Part shown: positions 20,773 through 30,000 of the stretch, in pieces
How positions within the stretch are numbered: position 1 is the stretch's first letter
How the letters are laid out: each line of letters starts with the position of its first letter
DNA from: an uncultured Francisella sp.
GTDB lineage: Bacteria; Pseudomonadota; Gammaproteobacteria; Burkholderiales; Neisseriaceae
NCBI GenBank assembly: GCA_943914555.1
Contig: CALUCM010000004.1
Span: 2,137-66,136 of the forward strand
Reading direction: 5' to 3'
Length of the DNA stretch: 64,000 nt
The notes under the pieces: model-generated
Databases searched by the model: none
What the model was told of the DNA's origin: nothing
Seen by the model: the letters and a program-made list of their open reading frames with translations, nothing else
Position numbers and translations under genes: made by a program

Positions 20773-21426
20773 TTAAAGTGCATAATGGTGTAAGAGATTA
20801 ACACCACTAACTCTGGAAAAATGTACCATATAGTCAGCAAGACGTTTGGGAAAAACAATATCCCTAAATAAACTAATACCACGCAACATAGCAAATAAAT
20901 TAAAGTCATCCTCAGAAAGTTCTTCATTGATCGTTTCTTCACTCTGCATTAACGGAGGCAACTTCTGCAAAGCCTGATTAAGACGCCCAATAAAAATTTG
21001 TTTTTTTTCTCGTAATGAAGCCAAACTTGTGCCCAATAACTGCTCTTTCTTATGTATATAATAATCAATAGCACTTTGTGTTTTAAATTCAGGGAAAGCA
21101 ATTAACACATAGTGTGGTAAAGTAAGCAAACGGATATCATCACGCACACTATCCAACCATTGGGTAATAGCTGGATTACTTTTTCCTATCACCCGAGCTA
21201 CTGCTTCTTGGTGATCTATATAATGGACAATTTCCATGCTCTCACCCATAACGCGCCCGTTTTGCTCTTCAAGTACTGGCACCATCTTCTTTCCTATTAA
21301 ATTTAATAACATTTGCTCCTCATCGTTGAGTAAAAATTTAAGGCGCATTGGCAACGCATGAATACCAAAAATCATTCTCGCTTTTATACAATATGGACAG
21401 TGTTCATACACATACAAAGTTCTCAT
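20773..21426 (-). CDS. grxB: Glutaredoxin 2
   Basis: YEHCPYCIKARMIFG, ESMEIVHYID, ELSEDDFNLFAMLR and RLADY align with E. coli GrxB YDHCPYCLKARMIFG, ESMDIVHYVD, ELSEDDIQLFPLLR and RVADY. Confidence 0.88.
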   Translation of the reverse strand: MRTLYVYEHCPYCIKARMIFGIHALPMRLKFLLNDEEQMLLNLIGKKMVPVLEEQNGRVMGESMEIVHYIDHQEAVARVIGKSNPAITQWLDSVRDDIRLLTLPHYVLIAFPEFKTQSAIDYYIHKKEQLLGTSLASLREKKQIFIGRLNQALQKLPPLMQSEETINEELSEDDFNLFAMLRGISLFRDIVFPKRLADYMVHFSRVSGVNLLHHYAL

Positions 21427-22031
21427 GTTTTGTTTCCTTTTACTTTGTTCCTTTGATAAAAAGACTGGGCAATAGTGCCAGAGTCAACATACTCCAATTC
21501 TCCACCTAAAGGAATACCATGCGCTAATCTTGTGATAACTACCGGATAAGGTTTTAACATTTCTTGCAAAATAAAAGCCGTAGTTTCTCCCTCTGCATTA
21601 AAATTAGTCCCTATAATAACTTCTTTTAAATTTTTTTCTTGAAGACGATGTTTTAATTGTTGTAAAGCAATATGATTGAGATCTTTATTAAGCAAAGGCT
21701 GTACTCCTCCCATCAGCACAAAATAAAGTCCCCTGTAGCAGTTAGCTGCTTCAACTGCCTGGACATCTAAGGGCATTTGTACAACCATTAATATACTTTG
21801 ATCTCTCTCTTTATCTTGACATAAATCACATAATTCTTCCTCACAAAAAGTATTACAATATTTACAGTGGCGTACCTGCTTTAATGCTTTTTCCAAGCAG
21901 TGAATTAAATGAAAAGCATCTTCTCTTTGATGCTGTAAAAGATAAAAGGCCATACGTCTAGCAGAAACAGGCCCAACATTAGGTAATACTTCTAAGGCTT
22001 GAGCCAACTCATCGAAAACATTTTTATTCAT
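21423..22031 (-). CDS. recR: Recombination protein RecR
   Basis: It has the N-terminal HhH LPNVGPVSARRMAFYLL, a C4 zinc finger CKYCNTFCEEELCDLC and a Toprim region. It follows ybaB, as in the canonical dnaX-ybaB-recR cluster. Confidence 0.88.
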   Translation of the reverse strand: MNKNVFDELAQALEVLPNVGPVSARRMAFYLLQHQREDAFHLIHCLEKALKQVRHCKYCNTFCEEELCDLCQDKERDQSILMVVQMPLDVQAVEAANCYRGLYFVLMGGVQPLLNKDLNHIALQQLKHRLQEKNLKEVIIGTNFNAEGETTAFILQEMLKPYPVVITRLAHGIPLGGELEYVDSGTIAQSFYQRNKVKGNKT

Positions 22032-22037
22032 TATTCA

Positions 22038-22370
22038 TTACTTAAAAAAGTGCTCCATATCTGCTGGCAATTGTAGTCCACCTGTGAGCGCTCCCATTTT
22101 TTCTTGTATCTGTGCTTCTACTTTTTCTCGGGCGTTATTGACAGCAGCACTGATTAAATCTTCCAACATATCTTTATCTTCAAGCAAAGAATCATCCAAA
22201 ATTTGTATACGTTTAACTACTTGATCTCCACTCATTTTCACTTTGACTGCACCAGCACCAGCATCTCCTTCTACCTCAATTTTTTTTAACTCTTCTTGAG
22301 TTTGTTTCATTCTCTCCTGCATCTGCTGGGTTTGTTTCAATAAATTGCCTATACCACCTTTGCCAAACAT
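22038..22370 (-). CDS. ybaB: Nucleoid-associated protein YbaB/EbfC
   Basis: [21 protein letters not shown] matches E. coli [21 protein letters not shown]. Start is taken at the ATG at 22370; the longer ORF begins at a TTG. Confidence 0.9.
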   Translation of the reverse strand: MFGKGGIGNLLKQTQQMQERMKQTQEELKKIEVEGDAGAGAVKVKMSGDQVVKRIQILDDSLLEDKDMLEDLISAAVNNAREKVEAQIQEKMGALTGGLQLPADMEHFFK

Positions 22371-22394
22371 AATTTTCTCCAAAATAATAATAGC

Positions 22395-24095
22395 TTAAAC
22401 CAATACACAAGTTGAAGGATCCCATTTACCTTCAAAAAGATTTTTTAATTCCACCGCCTGTGAATCGCGATCAAGATAATGCAAAACTTGCTGTCGCTGA
22501 TGATCACGCACATGTAATTTTAACTCAGTATAAGTTCTTAAGCCTGATTGCCAAATCGACCAGATCAATTCAAGCCCATGATATTTTGCAAAAGCATCAT
22601 GAAGTAACTGTTTATGACGATCTACAACTTTTAGATCAAAATAATCTTCTTTTTTAATTGCACAAATACAAATTTTTTCTTCTTGCTTTAAAGAAATAAA
22701 CGCAGTTTGAAAAATAAGTGACTGATTATATTCATCTGATAAGGTTAATAGCTGATCCATGATTGCTAACCATTTTTCTTCAGACGGTGTTAGCAGACTT
22801 GTTTGTGATAAATCAAAACCGTCTTGACTTTGCTGAATCGAATGAGTCAATTGACTTGTTGTAAGTTGCGTGGACTTTTCTAATTTATTATTAAATGACG
22901 ATGCTGATTCCTGCTGAGGCACGGTTGAAACGGTATTATCTAAGTTAAACTTTTTTTTTAAGCCTATGTTAGCTACATCAGTAGATAAAGATGACTTATT
23001 CTTTAAAAAATAAGGTTGAAAAGAAAGTAAACGCACCATCATCATTAAAAACCCTGTGTAATCATCAGGAATAACTGCTTCATCTCGTTTAGACTGCACA
23101 ACGGTTTGGTAAAAAACTTGAATTTGTTCATTAGATAAACATTGTCCAAGTTGATAAAAAAGAGACTGTTGAGATTCTTCATATCCCTCTGGAACAATTG
23201 AAAAACTTTTATATACTGCCAAATCATTTAATATAAAAATTAATTCATCCAATAAAGCAGCAAAATTAATTCCCTTATAGCGCAAGTCATTCAGTTGTTG
23301 ATAAAGCTCCTGCTTTTTATCCTGGCTAATCAACAATAGTAATTGGTATAGGGTATCACGTTTTACTACACCTAACATAGCTTCTACAGTAGCAGTATCA
23401 ATTTGATTATCAGACAAAGCAAGCGCCTCATCCAATAAACTTAAAGCATCACGCATAGAGCCAGTAGCAAAGCGAGCTAATAATTGGATAGCTCCTTCTT
23501 CATAGCTAAGATGCATTTCTCGCATAATATTTTCAAGATGAGCTGCAATCTGCTGACTAGGCAGGTTTCTTAGTACGAATTGAAGACAACGACTTAATAT
23601 AGTTACTGGTACCTTGTGTGCATCTGTGGTTGCTAATATGAATTTGACATGAGTAGGTGGTTCTTCTAAGGTTTTTAGCATCGCGTTAAAAGCACTTTTT
23701 GAAAGCATATGCACTTCATCGATAATATAAATTTTGTATTTGCCCATAGTAGGCATATACCGTGCGTTATCCAGTACTTCTCTGATATGATCAATCCCAG
23801 TATTGGAAGCTGCATCTATCTCCAATAAATCAGGAAAACGTTCTTTATCAATACTCTGACAAATCTCACAGTAACCACAAGGCTCACCGTCTTGCACATT
23901 AAGACAATTGGCTGCTTTGGCGAGAATGCGCGCAATTGTTGTCTTACCAACACCTCTGGTCCCAGTCAAAAGATAGGCATGATGCAATTTTTCTTCTTTG
24001 ACCGCATTTTGCAAAGCTTTAGTAACATGCTCCTGCCCAATTACCTCAGCAAATTTTTTAGGACGCAATCTACGCGCTAAAACTTCATAACTCAA
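22395..24095 (-). CDS. dnaX: DNA polymerase III subunits tau/gamma
   Basis: It has the AAA+ N-terminus (VIGQEHV, GTRGVGKTT) and is 566 aa. An internal A9G slippery run lies at a position equivalent to the E. coli gamma/tau frameshift site. Confidence 0.93.
   Translation of the reverse strand: MSYEVLARRLRPKKFAEVIGQEHVTKALQNAVKEEKLHHAYLLTGTRGVGKTTIARILAKAANCLNVQDGEPCGYCEICQSIDKERFPDLLEIDAASNTGIDHIREVLDNARYMPTMGKYKIYIIDEVHMLSKSAFNAMLKTLEEPPTHVKFILATTDAHKVPVTILSRCLQFVLRNLPSQQIAAHLENIMREMHLSYEEGAIQLLARFATGSMRDALSLLDEALALSDNQIDTATVEAMLGVVKRDTLYQLLLLISQDKKQELYQQLNDLRYKGINFAALLDELIFILNDLAVYKSFSIVPEGYEESQQSLFYQLGQCLSNEQIQVFYQTVVQSKRDEAVIPDDYTGFLMMMVRLLSFQPYFLKNKSSLSTDVANIGLKKKFNLDNTVSTVPQQESASSFNNKLEKSTQLTTSQLTHSIQQSQDGFDLSQTSLLTPSEEKWLAIMDQLLTLSDEYNQSLIFQTAFISLKQEEKICICAIKKEDYFDLKVVDRHKQLLHDAFAKYHGLELIWSIWQSGLRTYTELKLHVRDHQRQQVLHYLDRDSQAVELKNLFEGKWDPSTCVLV
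22945..22959 (-). other. dnaX: Probable programmed -1 ribosomal frameshift site in dnaX (A AAA AAA AAG followed by a -1-frame GTT TAA)
   Basis: On the minus strand the sequence reads GGC TTA AAA AAA AAG TTT AAC (G L K K K F N), about 67% through the ORF, the same relative position as the E. coli A AAA AAG site. After a -1 slip the next codons are GTT TAA, so the short product terminates one residue after the shift, like E. coli gamma (KKE-stop). Confidence 0.65.
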
Positions 24096-25153
24096 AGAGA
24101 TACCTCTGCACGAATAAGACTGGCTAATCGATCAACCAACATGATGTAATTGGCACTATGATTATAATGCCATAAGGCGTATAAATTATCTGAACCAAGA
24201 TAATAAGACCACTGAGAAGGGCCAGTTTGCAATGCAAATAGACCGACCACTTCTTGATCTTGCAAAGGAGCTCTACTAAAAACTCCTTGGTGTTTTACTT
24301 GTGCAAAACGATAATCAAAGTTCACTCTTTTAGTGAATAAAGCATGTGCCATGGACTGATCCTGCAATAATACCGGATAGATTAGCGCAAAATTTTTACG
24401 CCAACCCTGCTTTTGTAAATAATTAGCTACTGAAGCAATAGCATCTTCCACATTATCCCAGATATCAGGATATCTTGTCTGACCATAACTAACCGCCCAA
24501 CGACGATAACTCGATGGCATAAACTGAGGATAACCCATAGCTCCAGCATAACTACCAAGATAGCTAAAAGGATCACGTCCTTGTTTTTGATATAGTTGAA
24601 AAAACTCCCGCAGTTCTTGTTGAAAAAAAGCAGCGCGCCGTGGATAGTAAAAAGCATAGGTATAAAGAGAATCTGCAACTCGATAAGAACCCTTCAATTC
24701 TCCATAACGTGTCTCTACACCTAAAACTGCTACGATGTATTCTGGAGCAACTCCAGTCTCTTGCGACACCTTTTTCAAAGCAGCCTGATGTTGACGGTAA
24801 AAATTAACTCCATTTCTACACAAGTAGTCAAGCGGTACATGCTTTATATACTGATACCAAGGCTTCGCAGTACTGGGGCGATCCATTAATTCCAATAGAT
24901 TGGCACGAAAAACAACCCGAGAAAAAAAATCATCTATTGTCTGAGCACTTGCCACTGAGTCATGCAATAAACTTTGTTTAAAATCCTCCAAACTCAATGC
25001 ATCCGTCGATGTGCTTACCTGCTTTGCTTGCTGATTGCTGATTGCTAAAGGTAAAAGCTTCTCTTTGACAGCAACTTTGGATGTGCTAGCACAGGAACAT
25101 AAGCCTAAGGAAAGAAACATATATAAGAAGATTCTCATTAAACCATCCTTCAC
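24092..25153 (-). CDS. mltB: Lytic murein transglycosylase B (lipoprotein)
   Basis: It has a lipobox (LGLCSC) and the MltB catalytic-region blocks GVETRYG and AGAMGYPQFMPSSY. Confidence 0.85.
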   Translation of the reverse strand: MKDGLMRIFLYMFLSLGLCSCASTSKVAVKEKLLPLAISNQQAKQVSTSTDALSLEDFKQSLLHDSVASAQTIDDFFSRVVFRANLLELMDRPSTAKPWYQYIKHVPLDYLCRNGVNFYRQHQAALKKVSQETGVAPEYIVAVLGVETRYGELKGSYRVADSLYTYAFYYPRRAAFFQQELREFFQLYQKQGRDPFSYLGSYAGAMGYPQFMPSSYRRWAVSYGQTRYPDIWDNVEDAIASVANYLQKQGWRKNFALIYPVLLQDQSMAHALFTKRVNFDYRFAQVKHQGVFSRAPLQDQEVVGLFALQTGPSQWSYYLGSDNLYALWHYNHSANYIMLVDRLASLIRAEVSL

Positions 25154-25183
25154 TCAATTTTTAGTGCATTAACCGCAGCGATT

Positions 25184-25199
25184 ATAACGGATCCGTTAT
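25184..25199. promoter_or_regulatory. Perfect 16-bp palindrome ATAACGGATCCGTTAT in the mltB upstream / rplI downstream intergenic region
   Basis: The palindrome was read directly from the sequence. It lies 31-46 bp upstream of the mltB start codon. Confidence 0.4.
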
Positions 25200-25317
25200 T
25201 AAGTGACTATGCTAAAAACAGAAGAAAGCTTTCTACCTATCTTTAAAAATAGATAATGGGAGAAATGAAATAGCATAAATGTTTTATTCTCTCATTTTAA
25301 ATACGGCTAAATTCTAC

Positions 25318-25770
25318 TTATTCAATTAAAGCAGTAACTTGTAAAGTTATCTTTGCCACTGCATCATGGTGGTAAACTACTTCAATTAGATACTCGCCAG
25401 TAGTTTTTAAAGGACCATTTGGCAAACGGATATGTGAACGTTCAGTAGGAACTTCCTGTTCATTTAATATCCTAGCAATATCAATAGTGGTTACAGAACC
25501 AAAAAGCCGTCCATCCATCCCTGCTTTTTGTTCTATTTTAAAAATTTGCCCATCAATTTTAAGTTGCTTTTCTTGCGCTTCTTTTAAGATAGCTGCTTGC
25601 TTCGCTACTAACTCTTCACGCCGACGTTCAAAATCAGCTTTGTTTTCTAAGCTGGCTCTTTTTGCTTTATTTTGAGGAATAAGATAATTACGCGCATAAC
25701 CATTTTTAACCTCTACAATATCACCTAAGTTCCCTAAATTACTGATCTTCTCTAATAAAATTACTTGCAT
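25318..25770 (-). CDS. rplI: 50S ribosomal protein L9
   Basis: MQVILLEKISNLGNLGDIVEVKNGYARNYLIPQNKA is a canonical L9 N-terminus. Confidence 0.95.
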   Translation of the reverse strand: MQVILLEKISNLGNLGDIVEVKNGYARNYLIPQNKAKRASLENKADFERRREELVAKQAAILKEAQEKQLKIDGQIFKIEQKAGMDGRLFGSVTTIDIARILNEQEVPTERSHIRLPNGPLKTTGEYLIEVVYHHDAVAKITLQVTALIE

Positions 25771-25791
25771 GTCGCTTCCTTTTCCTAATTT

Positions 25792-26025
25792 TTATTTTTG
25801 TTGATCTGTATACGGTAATAAAGCCAAAAAGCGGGCTCGTTTTACTGCTACAGATAACTGACGCTGATAACGTGCCTTGGTCCCAGTAATCCGTGATGGG
25901 ATAATTTTGCCGTTTTCAGCAATAAAATCCTTAAGTAAATCAATGTCTTTATAATCAACATGCTTGATCCCTTCAACTGTAAAGCGACAGTATTTTTTTC
26001 TTTTATACATTGCATATTGTGCCAT
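25792..26025 (-). CDS. rpsR: 30S ribosomal protein S18
   Basis: [46 protein letters not shown] matches E. coli S18. The start ATG at 26025 has a GAGG Shine-Dalgarno sequence 9 nt upstream and abuts the priB stop. Confidence 0.93.
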   Translation of the reverse strand: MAQYAMYKRKKYCRFTVEGIKHVDYKDIDLLKDFIAENGKIIPSRITGTKARYQRQLSVAVKRARFLALLPYTDQQK

Positions 26026-26026
26026 C

Positions 26027-26338
26027 TTATAATTCCTCACTCATATCTAAGTCTTTTATTTCATTAATATGAAATACAACATTCTTTAAGCCCAACTTCG
26101 AAGTTTGTAAAAAACCTCTTGCCCAAATCAGCTTTCCTAATCTATTCTGATAAACTAGAGCTTTATTTCCTACAATTTTCGCCATCAAATTCAAATGAAC
26201 CTGCTTGGAACAATCATCTTCCTGCTGGATCGAATCATGCGCAAGAATCAGTGTCAGCACTGGCTTACCTGTGATGGACCAACGAAGTGGCATCACTTTT
26301 TTGATAGTGGCCGTTAATTCAACAGCATTAAACAGCAA
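26027..26338 (-). CDS. priB: Primosomal replication protein N (PriB), SSB-like OB fold
   Basis: 103 aa, sitting between rpsF and rpsR as in the conserved rpsF-priB-rpsR-rplI operon. Confidence 0.8.
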   Translation of the reverse strand: MLFNAVELTATIKKVMPLRWSITGKPVLTLILAHDSIQQEDDCSKQVHLNLMAKIVGNKALVYQNRLGKLIWARGFLQTSKLGLKNVVFHINEIKDLDMSEEL

Positions 26339-26340
26339 AC

Positions 26341-26709
26341 TTATCTTTCTACCGCATCAACTTTCGTCGCTGCAAGTAAATTTTTAGATTTATCCTTGCC
26401 CATCATGGGTGAAGGCTCAGAAATCGCCTGATCAACCTTAGAAGTCAAGTGGCGCAACACCGCATCATTAAATTTAAATGCAGTTTCTATTTCTTCAATC
26501 ACTCTGGGTTCGCACTCAATATTCATCAATACATAATGAGCTTTATGTAATTTGCTGATAGAATAAGCTAGTTGACGGCGGCCCCAATCTTCAAGACGAT
26601 GGAAAATACCACCTGACTCTGTGACCAAAGCTTTATAGCGTTCAATCATACCGGGAACTTGTTCACTTTGATCTGGGTGAACTATAAAAACAATTTCATA
26701 ATGGCGCAT
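26341..26709 (-). CDS. rpsF: 30S ribosomal protein S6
   Basis: [25 protein letters not shown] is a canonical S6 N-terminus. Confidence 0.95.
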   Translation of the reverse strand: MRHYEIVFIVHPDQSEQVPGMIERYKALVTESGGIFHRLEDWGRRQLAYSISKLHKAHYVLMNIECEPRVIEEIETAFKFNDAVLRHLTSKVDQAISEPSPMMGKDKSKNLLAATKVDAVER

Positions 26710-26800
26710 GCGATCTCCTATGGGTCAAACCTTCTGTCATGCGAACAGAAAGCAGGCAAATAATATTAAGAGCGCATTATGCTCTTTATTAAAAAAAAAA

Positions 26801-28816
26801 TCAATGATCTCCTTGTTTTGGTTTAATTTTTCTATAGAAATAATACAAAGAAAAACCAAAAGCAAACACTGTTAATATATTAACTAGTATGCCATTTAAA
26901 TGTAACGCCAAGGGTTCAGCACTGCCTCCTCTGGATACAGAGAATAAAATAATCATGGCAATCACAATTCCCATTAAGCTTTCGCCAACAATTAACCCAG
27001 AAGAAAATAACACTCCCTTATGTTTGATTAAATCAGCGAATTTTTTCTTGTCTTCTTTGTCTTGATCTGTCCCCTTTAATTGCTTTAAAGTCAATATTGC
27101 AATCAAAGAACCAAAAAACATCGGCACAATTGCTTGGGGTGGTAAATAAATCCCCATACCAAAAGCCAAAGGTGGGAAAGCCAACTTATTGCGACTTAGC
27201 TTTTGCACTAGCTTATCTATGATCATTACTATAACGCCTAGCATGATGCCAATATTTAAATCTTGCCAATCTAGATCATGTGAAAACATCCCTTTAGCCA
27301 ATACCGAAATCAAAGTTGCTTGGGGTGCAGCCAGAGCAGCAGAAAGATCCATCCCCTCTCTTGGCATAAATCCACCCTGAAAGCCATAGGCCGAATAGAG
27401 CATGTCTAGTACCGGTGCGGTCACAAGCGCTCCACCAATACATCCTAAAATCAATACCCATTCCTGGTTGGCAGGTGAAGCCCCTACCAATTGACCTGTT
27501 TTTAAATCTTGTAAATTATCGTTGGCAATTCCAGCAATACTAACCACAACAGAAGTAGAAAAAATAGATAAAGCAATTAAAAATGGCTTAAGCTCAGGAG
27601 AAACCTTATTTAAACCTAAATGCCATAACGCCATTAATACACCGGAAATCATCAATACAGCTAAAATGGCAAGACTGGATATCGGACTAGAAGAAGTTCC
27701 TAATAATCCTGCCATATAGCCGCAAGTAGCAGAAACTAAAAATCCAAAAATAACTGATAAAAAAACAGCAGTGAGTATCAGCGCAATCATCCAAGGAAAA
27801 CTCATTACGTGAGGCGAAATAATGTAATAGAAAGTTGCAATCAACATCATCATGATGATAACAATCAGTACCAATATATAACGTGGCGCAATATCTTCTA
27901 AAGTTGGTTTCACTGGACCAAAGGATGAATCAGCGATGCCACTGACCCGGCGTGAAGTTAATATCACGCTTTGAAAAAGTGGTTTGGAAAGAGACATTAA
28001 CGTCCAAATTGCTCCCACACCCAATGTCCCCACACCAATCATGCGCGTGCGTGAATACCAAAGCCTACTGGCATATTCACTGATACTATGAAATGTGCTC
28101 GGGTCTATGGGATTTAGTGAAGTCATAATAGGCACTAAAACACCCCAATTAAACGCTACTCCCACTAGCATCACGGTACTAACCCCAATACCAATAAGAT
28201 AACCAGCTCCAACAAGCGCAAGTGAAAAACCAAAAGGAATCTGGAAAATTGCACTTTTAATATTGAACCACAAACCAGCCTTATCTGCGAAAATCTTTAG
28301 TGCTCCTGTCATAAAATTAACTGCGGCAGCAAGGATGCCCCCTGAAAAAATAAGGCCAATATCACGTGGACTACTTTTATCTCCCGCCATTAAAATAGAA
28401 GCAGCTGCTACCCCCTCTGGATAAGGTAACTGACTTTGTTCAATTAATACATTGCGCAAGGGAATACTAAATAGTACTCCTAAGACCCCCCCCAATGAAC
28501 ATAGTAAAAAAGTGGTCCAAAATTGAAAATGACTCCAAAATCCTACCATCAATAAACCTGGTAAAACATAAATAATAGAAGTTAAAGTTCCAGCAGAAGA
28601 AGCTTGTGTTTGCACGAGATTATTTTCCAATATGTTGCTGCCTTTAAAGTTGCGTAGTAAACCCATGGAGATGACTGCGGCAGGAATAGAAGAAGCCACT
28701 GTCATTCCTACTTTTAGACCCAAATAAACATTGGCAGCCGTAAATATGGCAGTAATCACAAAACCCAATATTGTCCCACGCAGAGTAATTTCTTTTATTT
28801 CATTAGTCACATTCAA
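26801..28816 (-). CDS. OPT-family oligopeptide transporter
   Basis: 671 aa polytopic membrane protein. Its N-terminal ITLRGTILGFVITAIFTAANVYLGLKVGMTVASSIPAAVISMGL block is typical of the bacterial OPT superfamily. Confidence 0.8.
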   Translation of the reverse strand: MNVTNEIKEITLRGTILGFVITAIFTAANVYLGLKVGMTVASSIPAAVISMGLLRNFKGSNILENNLVQTQASSAGTLTSIIYVLPGLLMVGFWSHFQFWTTFLLCSLGGVLGVLFSIPLRNVLIEQSQLPYPEGVAAASILMAGDKSSPRDIGLIFSGGILAAAVNFMTGALKIFADKAGLWFNIKSAIFQIPFGFSLALVGAGYLIGIGVSTVMLVGVAFNWGVLVPIMTSLNPIDPSTFHSISEYASRLWYSRTRMIGVGTLGVGAIWTLMSLSKPLFQSVILTSRRVSGIADSSFGPVKPTLEDIAPRYILVLIVIIMMMLIATFYYIISPHVMSFPWMIALILTAVFLSVIFGFLVSATCGYMAGLLGTSSSPISSLAILAVLMISGVLMALWHLGLNKVSPELKPFLIALSIFSTSVVVSIAGIANDNLQDLKTGQLVGASPANQEWVLILGCIGGALVTAPVLDMLYSAYGFQGGFMPREGMDLSAALAAPQATLISVLAKGMFSHDLDWQDLNIGIMLGVIVMIIDKLVQKLSRNKLAFPPLAFGMGIYLPPQAIVPMFFGSLIAILTLKQLKGTDQDKEDKKKFADLIKHKGVLFSSGLIVGESLMGIVIAMIILFSVSRGGSAEPLALHLNGILVNILTVFAFGFSLYYFYRKIKPKQGDH

Positions 28817-29108
28817 TCCTTCCAGGTTCAGACAGTTCTTTTCTCTGTCCTAACAAGTTTTGCAGTTGGTTAAAACCAAGACGCGCTCATTATTTATCGC
28901 TACTTTTGACTATTTTAAAAGTACCAATAAAAATCCTATGTCCAAGCCATATGGTATCAGTTCCAATTATTTTATTTGTTACCTATCTTGGCCAACAACC
29001 AAAAGGTGTATCTTTATCATATTGAAATGCATCTGTCTATTCCTTGATCTGCATATTCGGGATCATCCTTGATTTATTTGAACTTACTTACTTTTTAATA
29101 AAATTTCT

Positions 29109-29996
29109 TTATCTTTGCTTTTCTTGTAATTCAGTCTCTTTTTTCCAAGCCAACCATTCTTCTGGTCTTTCTAAAGAGATACGCCCTAATTGACCACTAC
29201 GAAAATCTTGAATAAATAATTCAGCAATTTTTTGATAGTTCAATTCCCCACCTTTAAATATTGCACCACGCAAGCGAGCTAATTGAGTTAAATAAGTGTG
29301 CGCTGAATCAATATGTTGATTAAAGATGTCTGTGATGCAATAGCGTCTTACTAAATAAGCCCAATAAAATTTTTGCAAATACTCACATAAATGAAGCGCC
29401 ACTTGTTGTGCATCATAAGCGTTCTTACCCATCGAACCTACTGCTGCCAAACGATAAGCACTTTGAGGTGGCGTAATTTTCTCCCATAATATCCCTGGCG
29501 TATCATAGATCCATACATCGTCTTTCCAAAATAAATGTTGCTCTTTTCTAGTAATTCCTGGTTCATCCCCAGTTTTGGTAATTGCTCTATTAAGCAACCT
29601 GTTAATAAAAAAAGACTTACCAACATTAGGAATCCCAACAATTAACAACCTAAGTGGCTTGCTCATACCACCGCGTTGCGGAAGTAATGTGCGTATATGT
29701 GTCAAAAGAAACTTTTTATCTAAACCAGTTTTAGCACTAATAACAAATGCTTGGGTATTTCGTTGTGTCCTATAGTAAGCTAACCAGGCATTACTGATAA
29801 CAGGATCAGCTAAATCCGATTTGTTAAGAAGTTTGAGTTTGACCTTATCCTGAGCTAACCTTTCTAGCAAAGGGTTGCAAGAAGAACCAGGGATACGTGC
29901 ATCTAATAATTCGATCACCAAATCGATACGCTTAAGCCGCTCTTTTAAAGCAAGCTTGGTTTGATGCATATGCCCTGGAAACCATTGGATAGACAT
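29109..29996 (-). CDS. rbgA: Ribosome biogenesis GTPase A (RbgA/YlqF)
   Basis: MSIQWFPGHM matches B. subtilis MTIQWFPGHM. It has the circularly permuted GTPase order LLNKSDL ... GIPNVGKSFFINRL ... DTPGILW, with the typical ~295 aa length. Confidence 0.85.
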   Translation of the reverse strand: MSIQWFPGHMHQTKLALKERLKRIDLVIELLDARIPGSSCNPLLERLAQDKVKLKLLNKSDLADPVISNAWLAYYRTQRNTQAFVISAKTGLDKKFLLTHIRTLLPQRGGMSKPLRLLIVGIPNVGKSFFINRLLNRAITKTGDEPGITRKEQHLFWKDDVWIYDTPGILWEKITPPQSAYRLAAVGSMGKNAYDAQQVALHLCEYLQKFYWAYLVRRYCITDIFNQHIDSAHTYLTQLARLRGAIFKGGELNYQKIAELFIQDFRSGQLGRISLERPEEWLAWKKETELQEKQR

Positions 29997-30000
29997 TTGC

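Noticed and set aside
20754-20942. 62-aa ORF overlapping the grxB 3' end and the cobB-like 5' end
   Set aside because: It overlaps two supported genes out of frame and is hydrophobic low-complexity sequence.
28860-29072. 70-aa ORF in the OPT leader region
   Set aside because: It lies on the opposite strand to the expected leader transcript, has low-complexity sequence and no recognisable start context, and is more likely non-coding.
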